NCBI GenBank assembly: GCA_963668175.1
Contig: OY764159.1
Span: 2,976,001 to 3,040,000, forward strand
DNA length: 64,000 nt
Direction: 5' to 3'
Source: Syntrophales bacterium
Lineage (GTDB): Bacteria; Desulfobacterota; Syntrophia; Syntrophales; PHBD01
The notes beneath the pieces were generated by a model. It made no database searches. It saw only the letters and a list, made by a program, of their open reading frames with translations, and was not told the origin of the DNA. Position numbers and translations under genes: made by a program. Shown here one piece after another: positions 52,903 through 62,605 of this stretch; position 1 is the first letter of the stretch; every line of letters begins with the position of its first letter.

Positions 52903-53760
52903 TCAGGATTGACCTTGACCCATGATAAAATCCCTGTATTCCGGGTATTCCTCTTCAATCTTCTGCCGTATGGCGTCCCTTTTCTTACGGCTCGGGAGTT
53001 TCAGAGCGTCCCACTCATTCTTCGCCAGGGTATTCGGATGGGCCAGTCCTATTCCGAGGTCCGAACAGATTACGTCCGCCGCTTTGGTGATCAGGACGAT
53101 CTTTCTCAACAGGGGGTCGGAAATCTCGTCCAGGAGGCCGTCCTTATGATGGCTGACGATGACGAATCTCAGATTTTCCGGGAGATGCCACTGGTCGGCA
53201 ACGAACCCGCCGACATCGCAATGGTCGAATCCCAGGAGTTCTTTTTCCGCTTCCTCGAAAGGAATACCCCTTTCCCTGACCGTCCGGATCACGTCGGCAT
53301 AGCGGTCCCGCATGTTGAGGTTGATAACGACCTTGCCGATATCGTGGAGGAGGCCGTAGATGAGCGGTTCATCCGCGGGCAGAAGGCCCGTTTCCCTCGC
53401 GATGATCGTGGCCCCGACGGAAACGGCCATGTTGTGTTCCCAAAGGGCCCGGTCCGTCTCGTCCGCGGGTCGCAAAACGTCTTTCAGGGATGCCGCGAAG
53501 AGATAGGCTTTCGTGGCCGTGAAACCGATGCGGATGACGGCGCCGGTAACATCCGCCACGCTGCTGTCCCTTCTGTAGAAGGCCGAATTGCCGATTCGCA
53601 GGAGCCGGGACGCAAAGGACTGGTCGAGGGAGATAACCTTGATCAATTCTTTGAGCGACGAGGCCTCGTCGGCAATGACTTGCAGGACTTTGACGGCCAC
53701 CGCGGGAAGCGAAGGGACATCGGTGACGATTTCGCTTATATCTTTCGATTTATCCATCAT
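52903..53760 (-). CDS. HDOD-domain protein
   Basis: PSLPAVA, DQSFASRLLRIGNSAFY, AVIRIG, LWEH, GLLHDIGK, EKELLGFDH, WHLPE. Confidence 0.92.
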   Translation of the reverse strand: MMDKSKDISEIVTDVPSLPAVAVKVLQVIADEASSLKELIKVISLDQSFASRLLRIGNSAFYRRDSSVADVTGAVIRIGFTATKAYLFAASLKDVLRPADETDRALWEHNMAVSVGATIIARETGLLPADEPLIYGLLHDIGKVVINLNMRDRYADVIRTVRERGIPFEEAEKELLGFDHCDVGGFVADQWHLPENLRFVIVSHHKDGLLDEISDPLLRKIVLITKAADVICSDLGIGLAHPNTLAKNEWDALKLPSRKKRDAIRQKIEEEYPEYRDFIMGQGQS

Positions 53761-54164
53761 TGATAACATCACGCCATTTCCGGAATCTCGGACGGAGAGA
53801 GGACAACGCCGAGAAGCGTCTCGATCTTGAAGCCGCAATGGCCGTTCATACCGAACGGATCTTATGTCTCCCCCCATCTCAACGACTGTAATGTACATCA
53901 CATAATGGCGCTTTTCAAATATATTTCTATCGCCGCCGCCGATTTTTTCCGCGTATCCTGAAGGACCGAAGAAACCGGTCCGGATATCCATATCCCGACC
54001 CGTCCGACGGTCTTCGCCGGACCGCTTCCGAATGCATTTCGGGGGACCGGGCGTTTCCCTTTTCCGGATTGATTGTGAAGCCGATGGGATGCACAAGAAA
54101 AACAGCAAACAGAGGGGCTTGGCAGCAATGCGCGACCGTCGTCAGCGCCTGCGGAACGATTCCA

Positions 54165-55685
54165 TCACAGCAGCCTGTCCAGCTCGCAACGGATGGTCCG
54201 CGCCAGCGTTTCCATCACGTAGGGCTTGCGGACGCATGCCCCTGCGCCCAGGGCCTGCGCCTGCCGGATACGGTCCTGATGTGAAAAACCGCTCGCCAGG
54301 ACCGCCCGCTGCCGCGGACGGATCTTCGTAATCTCTCTATACGTATCCAGGCCGTCCATTCCGGGCGGCATGATCATATCGAGAAGTACGATGTCGACAC
54401 GGTTCCTTTGCAGATATCTCAGCGCCTCTTGGCCGCTGGCCGCCGTCGTTACCAGATAGTTCAGCCGCATGAGCATCCCCGCCGCCAGTTCGCGCTGCCC
54501 CTTGACATCGTCCACAACAAGTACGGATTCCGCCCGTCCCCGGTAAGCCGACGCCGTAAGCAGATTCCGCTCCGATGCCGCCTCGTCACGCCGGGCGGGG
54601 AGATAGAGGGCGACCGTCGTTCCCTTTCCGGGTTCGCTCTTGATATCGATATAGCCCGACTGCTCCGCGACGGTTTCCCTCACCAGGGCCGGCGACGGCC
54701 TGCACACATTCCCGGCAGGCGCGTGTTCGAAATATTTTCTTATTTCCCCCGGAGATAATCCCGTTCCCGTATCGGCAACCGTCAAAACGGCATACTCGCC
54801 TTCCGGTATGTCTTCGTATCCCCGGACAGGTTGGTCCAGATAGCGGTTCTCCGTGCGGATGGAGAGGAGTCCGCCCTCCGGCATGGCTTCGACGCCGTGC
54901 ACGACCAGGTTTGCCAGGATTTTGCCCAAAGCGGCGAGCGATCCGTTCACGTTGAGGAGGTCTATATCCAGCGCAGTCTGCACCCGGATACGATTACGCG
55001 TTCCTGTTAAGGCGGCGAATTCCGGAGACTTGATGTATTGACCGACTATTGCATTGAGATTCACGGTCTGTCCGGCCGGGCCGCCTTTCCGGGCCAGGGA
55101 CACAAGGTCCTGAACAATGGCCGCCGCCCGTTCCCCTCCTTCGACGATGTTGCCGGCATGCTCCCGAAGGGGGCTTCCCGCCGGAAGGTCGTGGAGCAGT
55201 AATTCCGCGTATCCCACGAGGATGCCCAGGGCGTTGTTCAGGTCGTGGGCGACTGCTCCGGCAACGATGCCCAAGGCTTCTGCCTTTTCGGCACGGTGAA
55301 GGCGCTCCAGGAACTCCGTCCGCTCAGTTTCCTCTATCTTGCGCCGGGTGACGTCCATCCACACGCCCTGCATCCCGTGATTGCCGCTGCCGTCACGGAC
55401 CGGCCAGCAGGAAGACAGCACCCACAATGTTTCCCCCGTCTTGCTTACGATCCGGTACTCCGCCTCTCCGACGTCCCCGTTCACGCATTGATAGAAGTGG
55501 CCCTTGAACGCTCCGGCGTCCTCGCCGTGGAGGAAATCGAAAAGGGACTGCCCCGTCATCTCTGCGGGAGAATAACCGAGGATGGGTTCCACGGCCGGAT
55601 TGACGTAGGTCACCTTCGCTTCCGCATCAGCGGTGTAAATCATGTCCCGGAAATTTTCTACAAGCCCGCGGTAATCCGTCTCCAT
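54165..55685 (-). CDS. PAS hybrid histidine kinase-like protein with degenerate ATP-binding domain
   Basis: PAS, AHDLNN H-box, intact receiver; N-box Asn and F/G2 boxes lost. Confidence 0.85.
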   Translation of the reverse strand: METDYRGLVENFRDMIYTADAEAKVTYVNPAVEPILGYSPAEMTGQSLFDFLHGEDAGAFKGHFYQCVNGDVGEAEYRIVSKTGETLWVLSSCWPVRDGSGNHGMQGVWMDVTRRKIEETERTEFLERLHRAEKAEALGIVAGAVAHDLNNALGILVGYAELLLHDLPAGSPLREHAGNIVEGGERAAAIVQDLVSLARKGGPAGQTVNLNAIVGQYIKSPEFAALTGTRNRIRVQTALDIDLLNVNGSLAALGKILANLVVHGVEAMPEGGLLSIRTENRYLDQPVRGYEDIPEGEYAVLTVADTGTGLSPGEIRKYFEHAPAGNVCRPSPALVRETVAEQSGYIDIKSEPGKGTTVALYLPARRDEAASERNLLTASAYRGRAESVLVVDDVKGQRELAAGMLMRLNYLVTTAASGQEALRYLQRNRVDIVLLDMIMPPGMDGLDTYREITKIRPRQRAVLASGFSHQDRIRQAQALGAGACVRKPYVMETLARTIRCELDRLL

Positions 55686-56074
55686 TCTTACTCTTTCCAA
55701 CCTTTTTCGCCGCTTCGGCACGGGATGCAGAAACACCATATATAACGCGATGTATTCTTCCCGGTCGACGAGCCCGCAATATAAAAGATCAGGCTCATTG
55801 TGTGCATTACATATATATACTTAATATTATATTGTATTACTGATATCTTTCGCCTGATGCCGCCTTGATGCAATATCTTGTATTACATATTTCTTCATAA
55901 ATAAAGTCTTTTTTCCGAAAATATGCAGTATAAGCACCATCGGTCAGCGACGATTTTTGAATTGCCGATATTTTTTGACATCTATCGGGAACTTACGTCA
56001 GTTCGCGATTGACAGGTCCGCCGGCATCCGTTAAGGTACGGCTGTTTTTATAATTCCATTTCGAGGTGAAGACG

Positions 56075-56875
56075 ATGAAGAAATTCTCCTGTGTCGTTCT
56101 GGCAACGCTTTTAACCCTGGCTCTTTCGGCATCCTGTTTCGCCGCATCCGGAATCGACAGGATTCTCAAAAAGAAAGAGCTCGTCGTCGGGACGTCGGGC
56201 ACCTATCCTCCGCTGACCTTCAAGGCGAAAGACGGTAAGATTTACGGATTCGACGCCGATCTGGCCAAGGCTGTCGCCGACGCCATGGGCGTCAAACTCC
56301 GCATGGCCGTCATTCCCTTCGACGAGTTGATTCCTTCTCTGCTTAAAGGCAAGGTGGACCTGATCCTCTCCTGCATGACCGCGACGCCCGAGAGGAACCT
56401 TCGCGTCGCCTTCGTCGGCCCCTACTTCGTTTCCGGCCAGTCCATCCTCACGACCAAGGATGTGGCCGAGAGCATTAAAACCCCCGCCGACATCAACCGT
56501 CCCGATTTCTCCATCGCCGTTCCCAAGGGAACGACGACGGAAGCGATCGCCCGGGGCATTCTCCCCAAGGCCGACATCAAGGTCGTGAAATCGACCGGTG
56601 ATGCCCTGGAGCTGCTCAAGAACCAGAAAGTGATGGCCGTCATGGCGGATTACCCGTTTGTCGCCGTCGAATCTTTCCGCTACCAGGACCGGGGCTTCGT
56701 GGCCAATCCGCCTTTCACCGTCGAACCCATCGGTATTGCGGTAAGGCCCGACGATACGCACATGATCAATTTCCTGTCGAACCTTCTCGCCCAGATGAGA
56801 ACAGCCGGCCAGCTCGATACGTTGACCAAGCGCTGGTTCACCGACACGGCCTGGATGGAGAAGCTTCCCAAATAG
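56075..56875 (+). CDS. Amino-acid ABC-type substrate-binding protein (family 3)
   Basis: Signal peptide; YPPLTF, GFDADLA, TPER, PYFVSGQ, KRW. Confidence 0.9.
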   Translation: MKKFSCVVLATLLTLALSASCFAASGIDRILKKKELVVGTSGTYPPLTFKAKDGKIYGFDADLAKAVADAMGVKLRMAVIPFDELIPSLLKGKVDLILSCMTATPERNLRVAFVGPYFVSGQSILTTKDVAESIKTPADINRPDFSIAVPKGTTTEAIARGILPKADIKVVKSTGDALELLKNQKVMAVMADYPFVAVESFRYQDRGFVANPPFTVEPIGIAVRPDDTHMINFLSNLLAQMRTAGQLDTLTKRWFTDTAWMEKLPK

Positions 56876-56877
56876 TC

Positions 56878-56929
56878 AAAAACCCCGGCGGCGGGAAGGA
56901 TATTCCGGCGGCCGGGGTATCTCCTTTTT
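56878..56929. terminator. Terminator between convergent genes
   Basis: accccggc...gccggggt stem flanked by A and T runs. Confidence 0.65.
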
Positions 56930-56966
56930 ATCTATCACAACTTTCACTTTTTATGAGTGTTGGGAT

Positions 56967-57908
56967 TCAAGCCTCGGACTTGGCCGTTCTCGACCGCCAT
57001 TTCCCGCGAATATCGAGCCAGACCAGAAAAAGGATCATGAAGATGCTCGATACGGCCGCAGGAAGGGCCGCCTCCTCCGGAAAAAGCGACAACGCCAGGC
57101 CGCCCGCCAAGCCCTGATTCTTCATCGTCCCCAGGAGGACGAGGCTCACGACATCCGCGGGCTCAACCTTGAAGAGCGTGCCGAAGGCCTCAATGAGAAA
57201 CCCGAGCAGGAAAGTCGCCGCAAACAGGATCGCGGAGACAGGAAGGATGCCGAGAGGTTCCTTGAAGATCAGGTTCCGGTTCAGGCCGATCAGGGTGTAC
57301 AGGACGATGAAGAAACCCCAATCCGTCAGGAATCCTCTCCAGGAGCCGAGACGCTTGTCTGCACCGACCTTCAGGAGGATGCGCGACGCGGCCAGGGGCA
57401 GGATGATGAGGAGGCAGACGATCGTCAGCAATTTTACGGGACCCACGGCGGAGGTGCCGAGCAATCCCAGGAACACGGCGGGCAGGATAACGAGGGCCGC
57501 CAGATAGGATGCCACCGTACCCGCGAGTGAAAAAGGCACATTGCCGTTCAAAAGGCCGGAAAAGGGAATGACGGCCACGGCGGGCGGCGCGGCGGCCATG
57601 ATAACGCAGCCCGTCCAGAGATTCTCCCGGTCGATCAGCCAGGCGGCGCTTGCCAGAATGATGCCGCCCTGGAGGAGATAGCTCATGAGGATGCCGCCGA
57701 GGGACGGCATGATGAGCGACCGTGGCCTGTGGAAGAAATCGTTCGGGACGTTCATGGTCGCCAGGGCCATGATGAAGGCCAGGACGGGCAGGACGAGGGG
57801 TTCGCACCAGGACGCCGCTCCGGGGACGGAGAGCCCCAGGACGATGGCCATAAGCAGAATAACATTGCGGTTGCGCAACAGTCTGATCAGCACCATCCCG
57901 ACATGCAT
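56967..57908 (-). CDS. Bile acid:sodium symporter (BASS)-like membrane protein
   Basis: About 10 TMs; AAPPAVA, GNVPFSL, MKNQGLA motifs. Confidence 0.8.
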   Translation of the reverse strand: MHVGMVLIRLLRNRNVILLMAIVLGLSVPGAASWCEPLVLPVLAFIMALATMNVPNDFFHRPRSLIMPSLGGILMSYLLQGGIILASAAWLIDRENLWTGCVIMAAAPPAVAVIPFSGLLNGNVPFSLAGTVASYLAALVILPAVFLGLLGTSAVGPVKLLTIVCLLIILPLAASRILLKVGADKRLGSWRGFLTDWGFFIVLYTLIGLNRNLIFKEPLGILPVSAILFAATFLLGFLIEAFGTLFKVEPADVVSLVLLGTMKNQGLAGGLALSLFPEEAALPAAVSSIFMILFLVWLDIRGKWRSRTAKSEA

Positions 57909-58106
57909 CCTTTCCCTGGATTCTCTCCGGGCGCTCCCGCCGGCCCTCTTCACGCGGGGAGCGGCGCCGCAGGCATCGCATCGAAAATGTTCTTCGCCGC
58001 CATTGACTTCGGCGGTCTCATCCCTTATATATCATCGCACTACGGAGAGTATCAAATCTGCTTGAACATGAACAGTATCGGCAGGACGGCGCACGGGAAA
58101 AAAGAC

Positions 58107-58141
58107 TTGACATATAATCATTATATCATATAACGTTTATA
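58107..58141 (+). promoter_or_regulatory. sigma70 promoter with overlapping palindromes; probably leaderless gntR mRNA
   Basis: TTGACA-16 nt-TATAAC ending 9 nt before the ATG; TATAATCATTATA palindrome; no SD. Confidence 0.5.
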
Positions 58142-58143
58142 TC

Positions 58144-58788
58144 ATGAAACCGACAAAATCGAGCGACGCGGTGATTAAGGTGCTTCTGGACCTGATCATG
58201 AAGGGGGAGATCAAGCCGGGCGACAAGCTCCCCTCCGCCGAAAACATCGCTAAAAGTACGGGCACGAGCGTCATAACGGCCCGGGAGGCCGTTCAAAACC
58301 TGGCGGCCATCGGCCTCGTGGAGATCATGCACGGCCGGGGGATATTCCTGACGGAAGGCGCACCCGTTATCGATGAGCTTCTGGAGGCCCGGAAGGTCAT
58401 CGAGTCGAGTACGGTCGTCATGGCGACGCGAAATCTCGATTCCGCCGGCCTCGATGCGATCGCTCGCCTCCTCGACAGGATGGAAGCAAGCCTTGCCGCC
58501 GGCAACACGGAGCTTTTCAGCGAACTCGATTACGAGTTTCACTTCTTCCTCGCCAAGGCATCGGGCAACCGCATCCTGCTCAAGACCCTGGAAAACATCA
58601 AGGAACTCCTCCGTTACCAGCAGTCCACGATCAACCGGCTGCCTTACATCGTCCACACCTCGGCGTTGCGGCACCGGGAGATATTCACCGCCTTGAAGAA
58701 CGGCAACGCCGAACTGGCGGGGTCCATCATGGACAGCCATATCAGCGAGGTGATCGACGCCTGGAAAAACAGCACCGCCCCCGTTTGA
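58144..58788 (+). CDS. GntR/FadR-family transcriptional regulator
   Basis: KPGDKLPS...AREA...HGRG wHTH; FCD domain EARKVIE, DYEFH, SGNR. Confidence 0.92.
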   Translation: MKPTKSSDAVIKVLLDLIMKGEIKPGDKLPSAENIAKSTGTSVITAREAVQNLAAIGLVEIMHGRGIFLTEGAPVIDELLEARKVIESSTVVMATRNLDSAGLDAIARLLDRMEASLAAGNTELFSELDYEFHFFLAKASGNRILLKTLENIKELLRYQQSTINRLPYIVHTSALRHREIFTALKNGNAELAGSIMDSHISEVIDAWKNSTAPV

Positions 58789-58863
58789 TTTTCTCACGGC
58801 GGCCCCGTCTTTCCCACTACGCCCCGCCCGGTTTTCCGCAAACCGCAACTTCTGAACAGCAAG

Positions 58864-60144
58864 TCAAGGTCCCTGATAGACGGGTATGACGTAAGGCCCT
58901 TCGGGAATGACGGCGACCCTGCGTTCGCCGTGCATCGCAACGCTCTCCCGGACGGCCGCCTCGACGTCAGAGACGATGCGGACGCCCGTCAACCGCCTTT
59001 CGTCCGGAGACAGTCCTTCCGTGTAAAGCCATACCCGGGCTTTCTTCATCGCCCGGACCTGCATTTCCGTCTGCCATTCGTCGACGGCGGCGGACCGCTT
59101 CCCCATAAGCTCCGCAAGGAGTCGTTCGGGACCCAGGCCGAGCAGCCGCTCCTGAGCCGCGGCGTATTCGGCACTCCCCAGCCCCTCCGAGCATTCCGAC
59201 GCGATGATGAGTGTCCCGCCGTCGGCTACGATGTCCATGGCGCCTACCATGCCCTTCACCGTCTGGTAGTAATTCTTGTCCAGGGGATACCCGGCCGCGC
59301 TCGCAAAGACCGTGAGGTACTTTCTTTTCACGGGAATCTCCGCGTAGGGACGGACGAAGGCGACGGCGTCCAGGTGGCTCGCCTCCATAGCGCCGAAATT
59401 GACGCAGGAGAGACGCCGTTCCTCGTCGATGACGCAGTTGACGGCGAAGCATTCGCCCACCATCCCGAGTATCGCCATCTGGGCGTCATGCAGGGGATTG
59501 CCTTCGAGGATGCAATTCGCCGCCCGGCAATCTTCCAGGATGCCGGCGGCATGGAGCATCCGGATGGTCTCTTCGTGGGCGATGCCCGGGGCGACGAGTT
59601 TCCGGCCGCCCGAGTATCCGGCCATGAAGTGCGGCTCGACAAGGCCCACGGCGATGCGCAAGCCCGCGTCGAGAAATCGGCGGTCGATCCGGACAGGTAT
59701 CCCGGAGACGTCGCCCAGGCGGCGGTGGTCTTCGTCTTTTCGGGCGTAGTGATTGACGACGGAAACCGTCTCCATGACCCAGTCGCTGCCGACCACCTCC
59801 CGCAACTCGTCGCCGAGATTCGGCCGGTGGAGGCCCGTAGCGACGAGAACGGTAATGGCTCCGGGCGCGATGCCGGCCGCAATCAGTTCCTTGACGAGTC
59901 CGGGCAGAACGATGCCGTTGGGAACGGGACGGGTGATATCGCAGATGAGGATGCAGGCGCTCTTGCAGCGACGGGCCACTTCGGTAAGGGGACGGCATCC
60001 GACGGGATTCTCCCATGCCGCGGCCACGCTTCTTTCCGGGTCGGCAAGGACAGGCATGGCCTTCTTGCGGATGACGTCGATCTCCAGGTCGGGACCTAGA
60101 TCGACGGCCAACCCCCCTTTGCCGTATTTCATGTCGATGCGCAC
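58864..60144 (-). CDS. larA: Nickel-pincer-dependent lactate racemase (LarA) family protein
   Basis: CDITRP, ATGLHRP, VVNH, EPHFMAGYSGGRK, GYPLD-x-NYYQTVKG, SECSEG, IPEGPY. Confidence 0.88.
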   Translation of the reverse strand: MRIDMKYGKGGLAVDLGPDLEIDVIRKKAMPVLADPERSVAAAWENPVGCRPLTEVARRCKSACILICDITRPVPNGIVLPGLVKELIAAGIAPGAITVLVATGLHRPNLGDELREVVGSDWVMETVSVVNHYARKDEDHRRLGDVSGIPVRIDRRFLDAGLRIAVGLVEPHFMAGYSGGRKLVAPGIAHEETIRMLHAAGILEDCRAANCILEGNPLHDAQMAILGMVGECFAVNCVIDEERRLSCVNFGAMEASHLDAVAFVRPYAEIPVKRKYLTVFASAAGYPLDKNYYQTVKGMVGAMDIVADGGTLIIASECSEGLGSAEYAAAQERLLGLGPERLLAELMGKRSAAVDEWQTEMQVRAMKKARVWLYTEGLSPDERRLTGVRIVSDVEAAVRESVAMHGERRVAVIPEGPYVIPVYQGP

Positions 60145-60211
60145 TGTCGGGCCTGTCTTTCGATAAAACGGCGATTATGAAAACGGCCTTCCGCCGCTTT
60201 TCTGTCCCGGC

Positions 60212-60916
60212 CTACATCCCCAGGTACGCCTTCCGCACCAGGTCGGACTGGAGAAGTTCGTCCCCCTTGCCGGAAAGGACGATCCGTCCCGTTTGTAATA
60301 CATACGCCCGGTGGGATATCTGGAGGGCTTCATGGACGTTCTGCTCCACCAGGAGGACCGTGACGCCGTTGCAGTTGATGTCCTGCACGATCCGGAAGAT
60401 TTCGCCGACGAGCTTGGGAGAAAGGCCGAGCGACGGTTCGTCCAAAAGAAGGAGCGACGGATGGGACATGAGCCCCCGCGCGATGGCCAGCATCTGCTGC
60501 TCGCCGCCGCTGAAGGTGTCGGACCGCTGGTCTTTCCTTTCCTTCAGGATCGGGAAGAGCTTGAACACTCTCTCCAGCATGGATGCGATCTCCTCCTTCG
60601 ATTTCAGGGCGTAGGCCCCGAGGAGCAGGTTGTCCAGGACGGAGAGGCGGCCGAAGAGGCGCCGGCCCTCCGGAATCATGGATATCTTCTTTTTCACGAT
60701 GTCGTAAGGCGGCATCCGGTGGATCGGCGTGTCGCCGAAGACGATCTCGCCCTGCGTCGGCTGAAGGAGCCCCGCGATGGTCTTCACGAGGGTCGTCTTG
60801 CCGGCGCCGTTCGAGCCTACGAGGCTGACGATCTCCCCCTGCTCGATCCGGAGGGATACGTCCGTGATGGCCAACAGGCCCTTGTAACCGACGGAAATGT
60901 TATTGACAGACAGCAC
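60212..60916 (-). CDS. livF: LIV-type ABC transporter ATP-binding protein
   Basis: GSNGAGKTT, PEGRRLF, SGGEQQMLAIAR, LLDEPSLGL. Confidence 0.92.
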   Translation of the reverse strand: MLSVNNISVGYKGLLAITDVSLRIEQGEIVSLVGSNGAGKTTLVKTIAGLLQPTQGEIVFGDTPIHRMPPYDIVKKKISMIPEGRRLFGRLSVLDNLLLGAYALKSKEEIASMLERVFKLFPILKERKDQRSDTFSGGEQQMLAIARGLMSHPSLLLLDEPSLGLSPKLVGEIFRIVQDINCNGVTVLLVEQNVHEALQISHRAYVLQTGRIVLSGKGDELLQSDLVRKAYLGM

Positions 60917-61640
60917 GATACTTGTCCCCCAGATAGGCTTGAATGACTTCCTGGCAGCTCACGACGTCCTTCGGCGGCCCCTCCATGATCTTCTTCCCCT
61001 CGTTCAGGACGATCACCCGGTCCGATATCTCCATCACCGCTTCCATGACGTGCTCGACGACGACGAGCGTCATGCCCTGGTCGCGGATCTTCTTGATGAG
61101 GTCGATGATCTCCCGCAGTTCCACCGGGTTCAGGCCCGCCATGGACTCGTCCAGCATCAGGAGCTTGGGCTGGGTCGCGAGCGCCATGGAGACTTCGAGG
61201 CGCTTCTTGTCGGCGATGGTCAGCTCCGTTCCGAGAAAGGACTTCTTCTCCATGAGGCCGGTAAAGCAGAGGACCTCCATGGCTTTCTCCGTAGCCGGGC
61301 CTGTCCTGCCGTAGCGGAGCAAGGCGCCGGTGACGACGTTTTCCAGGACCGTCATGTCGCTGATGATCTGCACGACCTGGAACGTCCTCGCGATGCCCAG
61401 TTTGCAGACCTTGTCGGCCCGCATGCGGTAGATGTCCCTGCCGTAGAACGAGGCCTTGCCCGTATCGGGCTTGTAGAAACCCGTGATGCAGTTGAAGAGC
61501 GTCGATTTGCCCGCGCCGTTCGGCCCGATGATGCTGACGATCTCCCCTTCCTCGATGAAGAAGTCGATCTCGTAATTGGCGGCCAGACCGCCGAACCACT
61601 TCGTCATCCCTTTGACGTCCAGACAGATGGCTTTGCTCAT
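60900..61640 (-). CDS. livG: LIV-type ABC transporter ATP-binding protein
   Basis: FGGLAA, GPNGAGKST, GIARTFQ, LDESMAGLN, QAYLG. Confidence 0.92.
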   Translation of the reverse strand: MSKAICLDVKGMTKWFGGLAANYEIDFFIEEGEIVSIIGPNGAGKSTLFNCITGFYKPDTGKASFYGRDIYRMRADKVCKLGIARTFQVVQIISDMTVLENVVTGALLRYGRTGPATEKAMEVLCFTGLMEKKSFLGTELTIADKKRLEVSMALATQPKLLMLDESMAGLNPVELREIIDLIKKIRDQGMTLVVVEHVMEAVMEISDRVIVLNEGKKIMEGPPKDVVSCQEVIQAYLGDKYRAVCQ

Positions 61641-62602
61641 TTCACCCTGCTTCCTAATTTCGCGAAGAATCCCCAGACCCCCTGGGGCTGGTAAACCGAA
61701 ATGATCGTGATCATGAAACCGTAGATCAGCATGTCCACGCCCGTGCCCTGGTGCCCCAGCCAGACCCGCGTCACTTCCGCAATCGGGATCAGGACGGCGG
61801 CCCCGATAACCGGACCCATGATCGTTCCTGCGCCGCCCAGCATGGAGAGCAGCACGATCTGGACGGAGATGGCGAGAAGCATCACGCTTTCCGGATCGAT
61901 GTAGAGCACGTACTGGGCATAGAACGTCCCGGCCATGGCGGAGAGGAAGGCGCTGATCATGATGGCCATGAGACGGTAGCGGACCACGTTGACGCCCAGG
62001 ACTTCCGCCACGTCGTGGCTCTCCTTGATCGCCCGGAAGTAGTAGCCCATCTTCGACGTCGCCACGAAATAACAGATGGCGATGCCGATGAGGAGAAAGG
62101 CCAGGATGATGTAATAGTAGGGTACCTTGGACGTGTGGAACATGAAATTGGCGAGCGACTCGTCGAGCATCGGCAGCGATATGCCCTCCGCGGCGTTCAC
62201 GAGCTTCCAGTTGTTGAAATGGGTCCGCACGATCTCGGCGAAGGCGATGCTCGCGATGGCGAAGTAGTGCCCCCGCAGGTTGGAGCAGGGATAACCGATG
62301 GCCGCGGCGACCAGGGCGGCCATGACGCCCCCGGCGATCAGCCCCAGCCAGGGATTGACCTGGTACGTCACGAGGAGATAGGAAGACGTATAGGCCCCGA
62401 TCCCGAAGAAGGCCGCCTGTCCGAAGGAAAACATGCCGGCGTACCCGCCCATGATGTTCCAGCCCGTACCCAGCAGGGCGTACATAAAAACGAGGATCAT
62501 GATCTGGAGGGGAAAGATGTCCGTGACAACGAGCGGAAAGGCCAGGAGTACCGCCAGCACTCCGATCACCACCGCTATTTGTTTGGTCGTAAATTTTTTC
62601 AT
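61637..62602 (-). CDS. livM: LIV-type ABC transporter permease
   Basis: GYAGMFSFGQAAFFGIGAY, LRGHYFAI, LGGAGTIMGP, PQGVWG. Confidence 0.92.
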   Translation of the reverse strand: MKKFTTKQIAVVIGVLAVLLAFPLVVTDIFPLQIMILVFMYALLGTGWNIMGGYAGMFSFGQAAFFGIGAYTSSYLLVTYQVNPWLGLIAGGVMAALVAAAIGYPCSNLRGHYFAIASIAFAEIVRTHFNNWKLVNAAEGISLPMLDESLANFMFHTSKVPYYYIILAFLLIGIAICYFVATSKMGYYFRAIKESHDVAEVLGVNVVRYRLMAIMISAFLSAMAGTFYAQYVLYIDPESVMLLAISVQIVLLSMLGGAGTIMGPVIGAAVLIPIAEVTRVWLGHQGTGVDMLIYGFMITIISVYQPQGVWGFFAKLGSRVK

Positions 62603-62605
62603 AGG

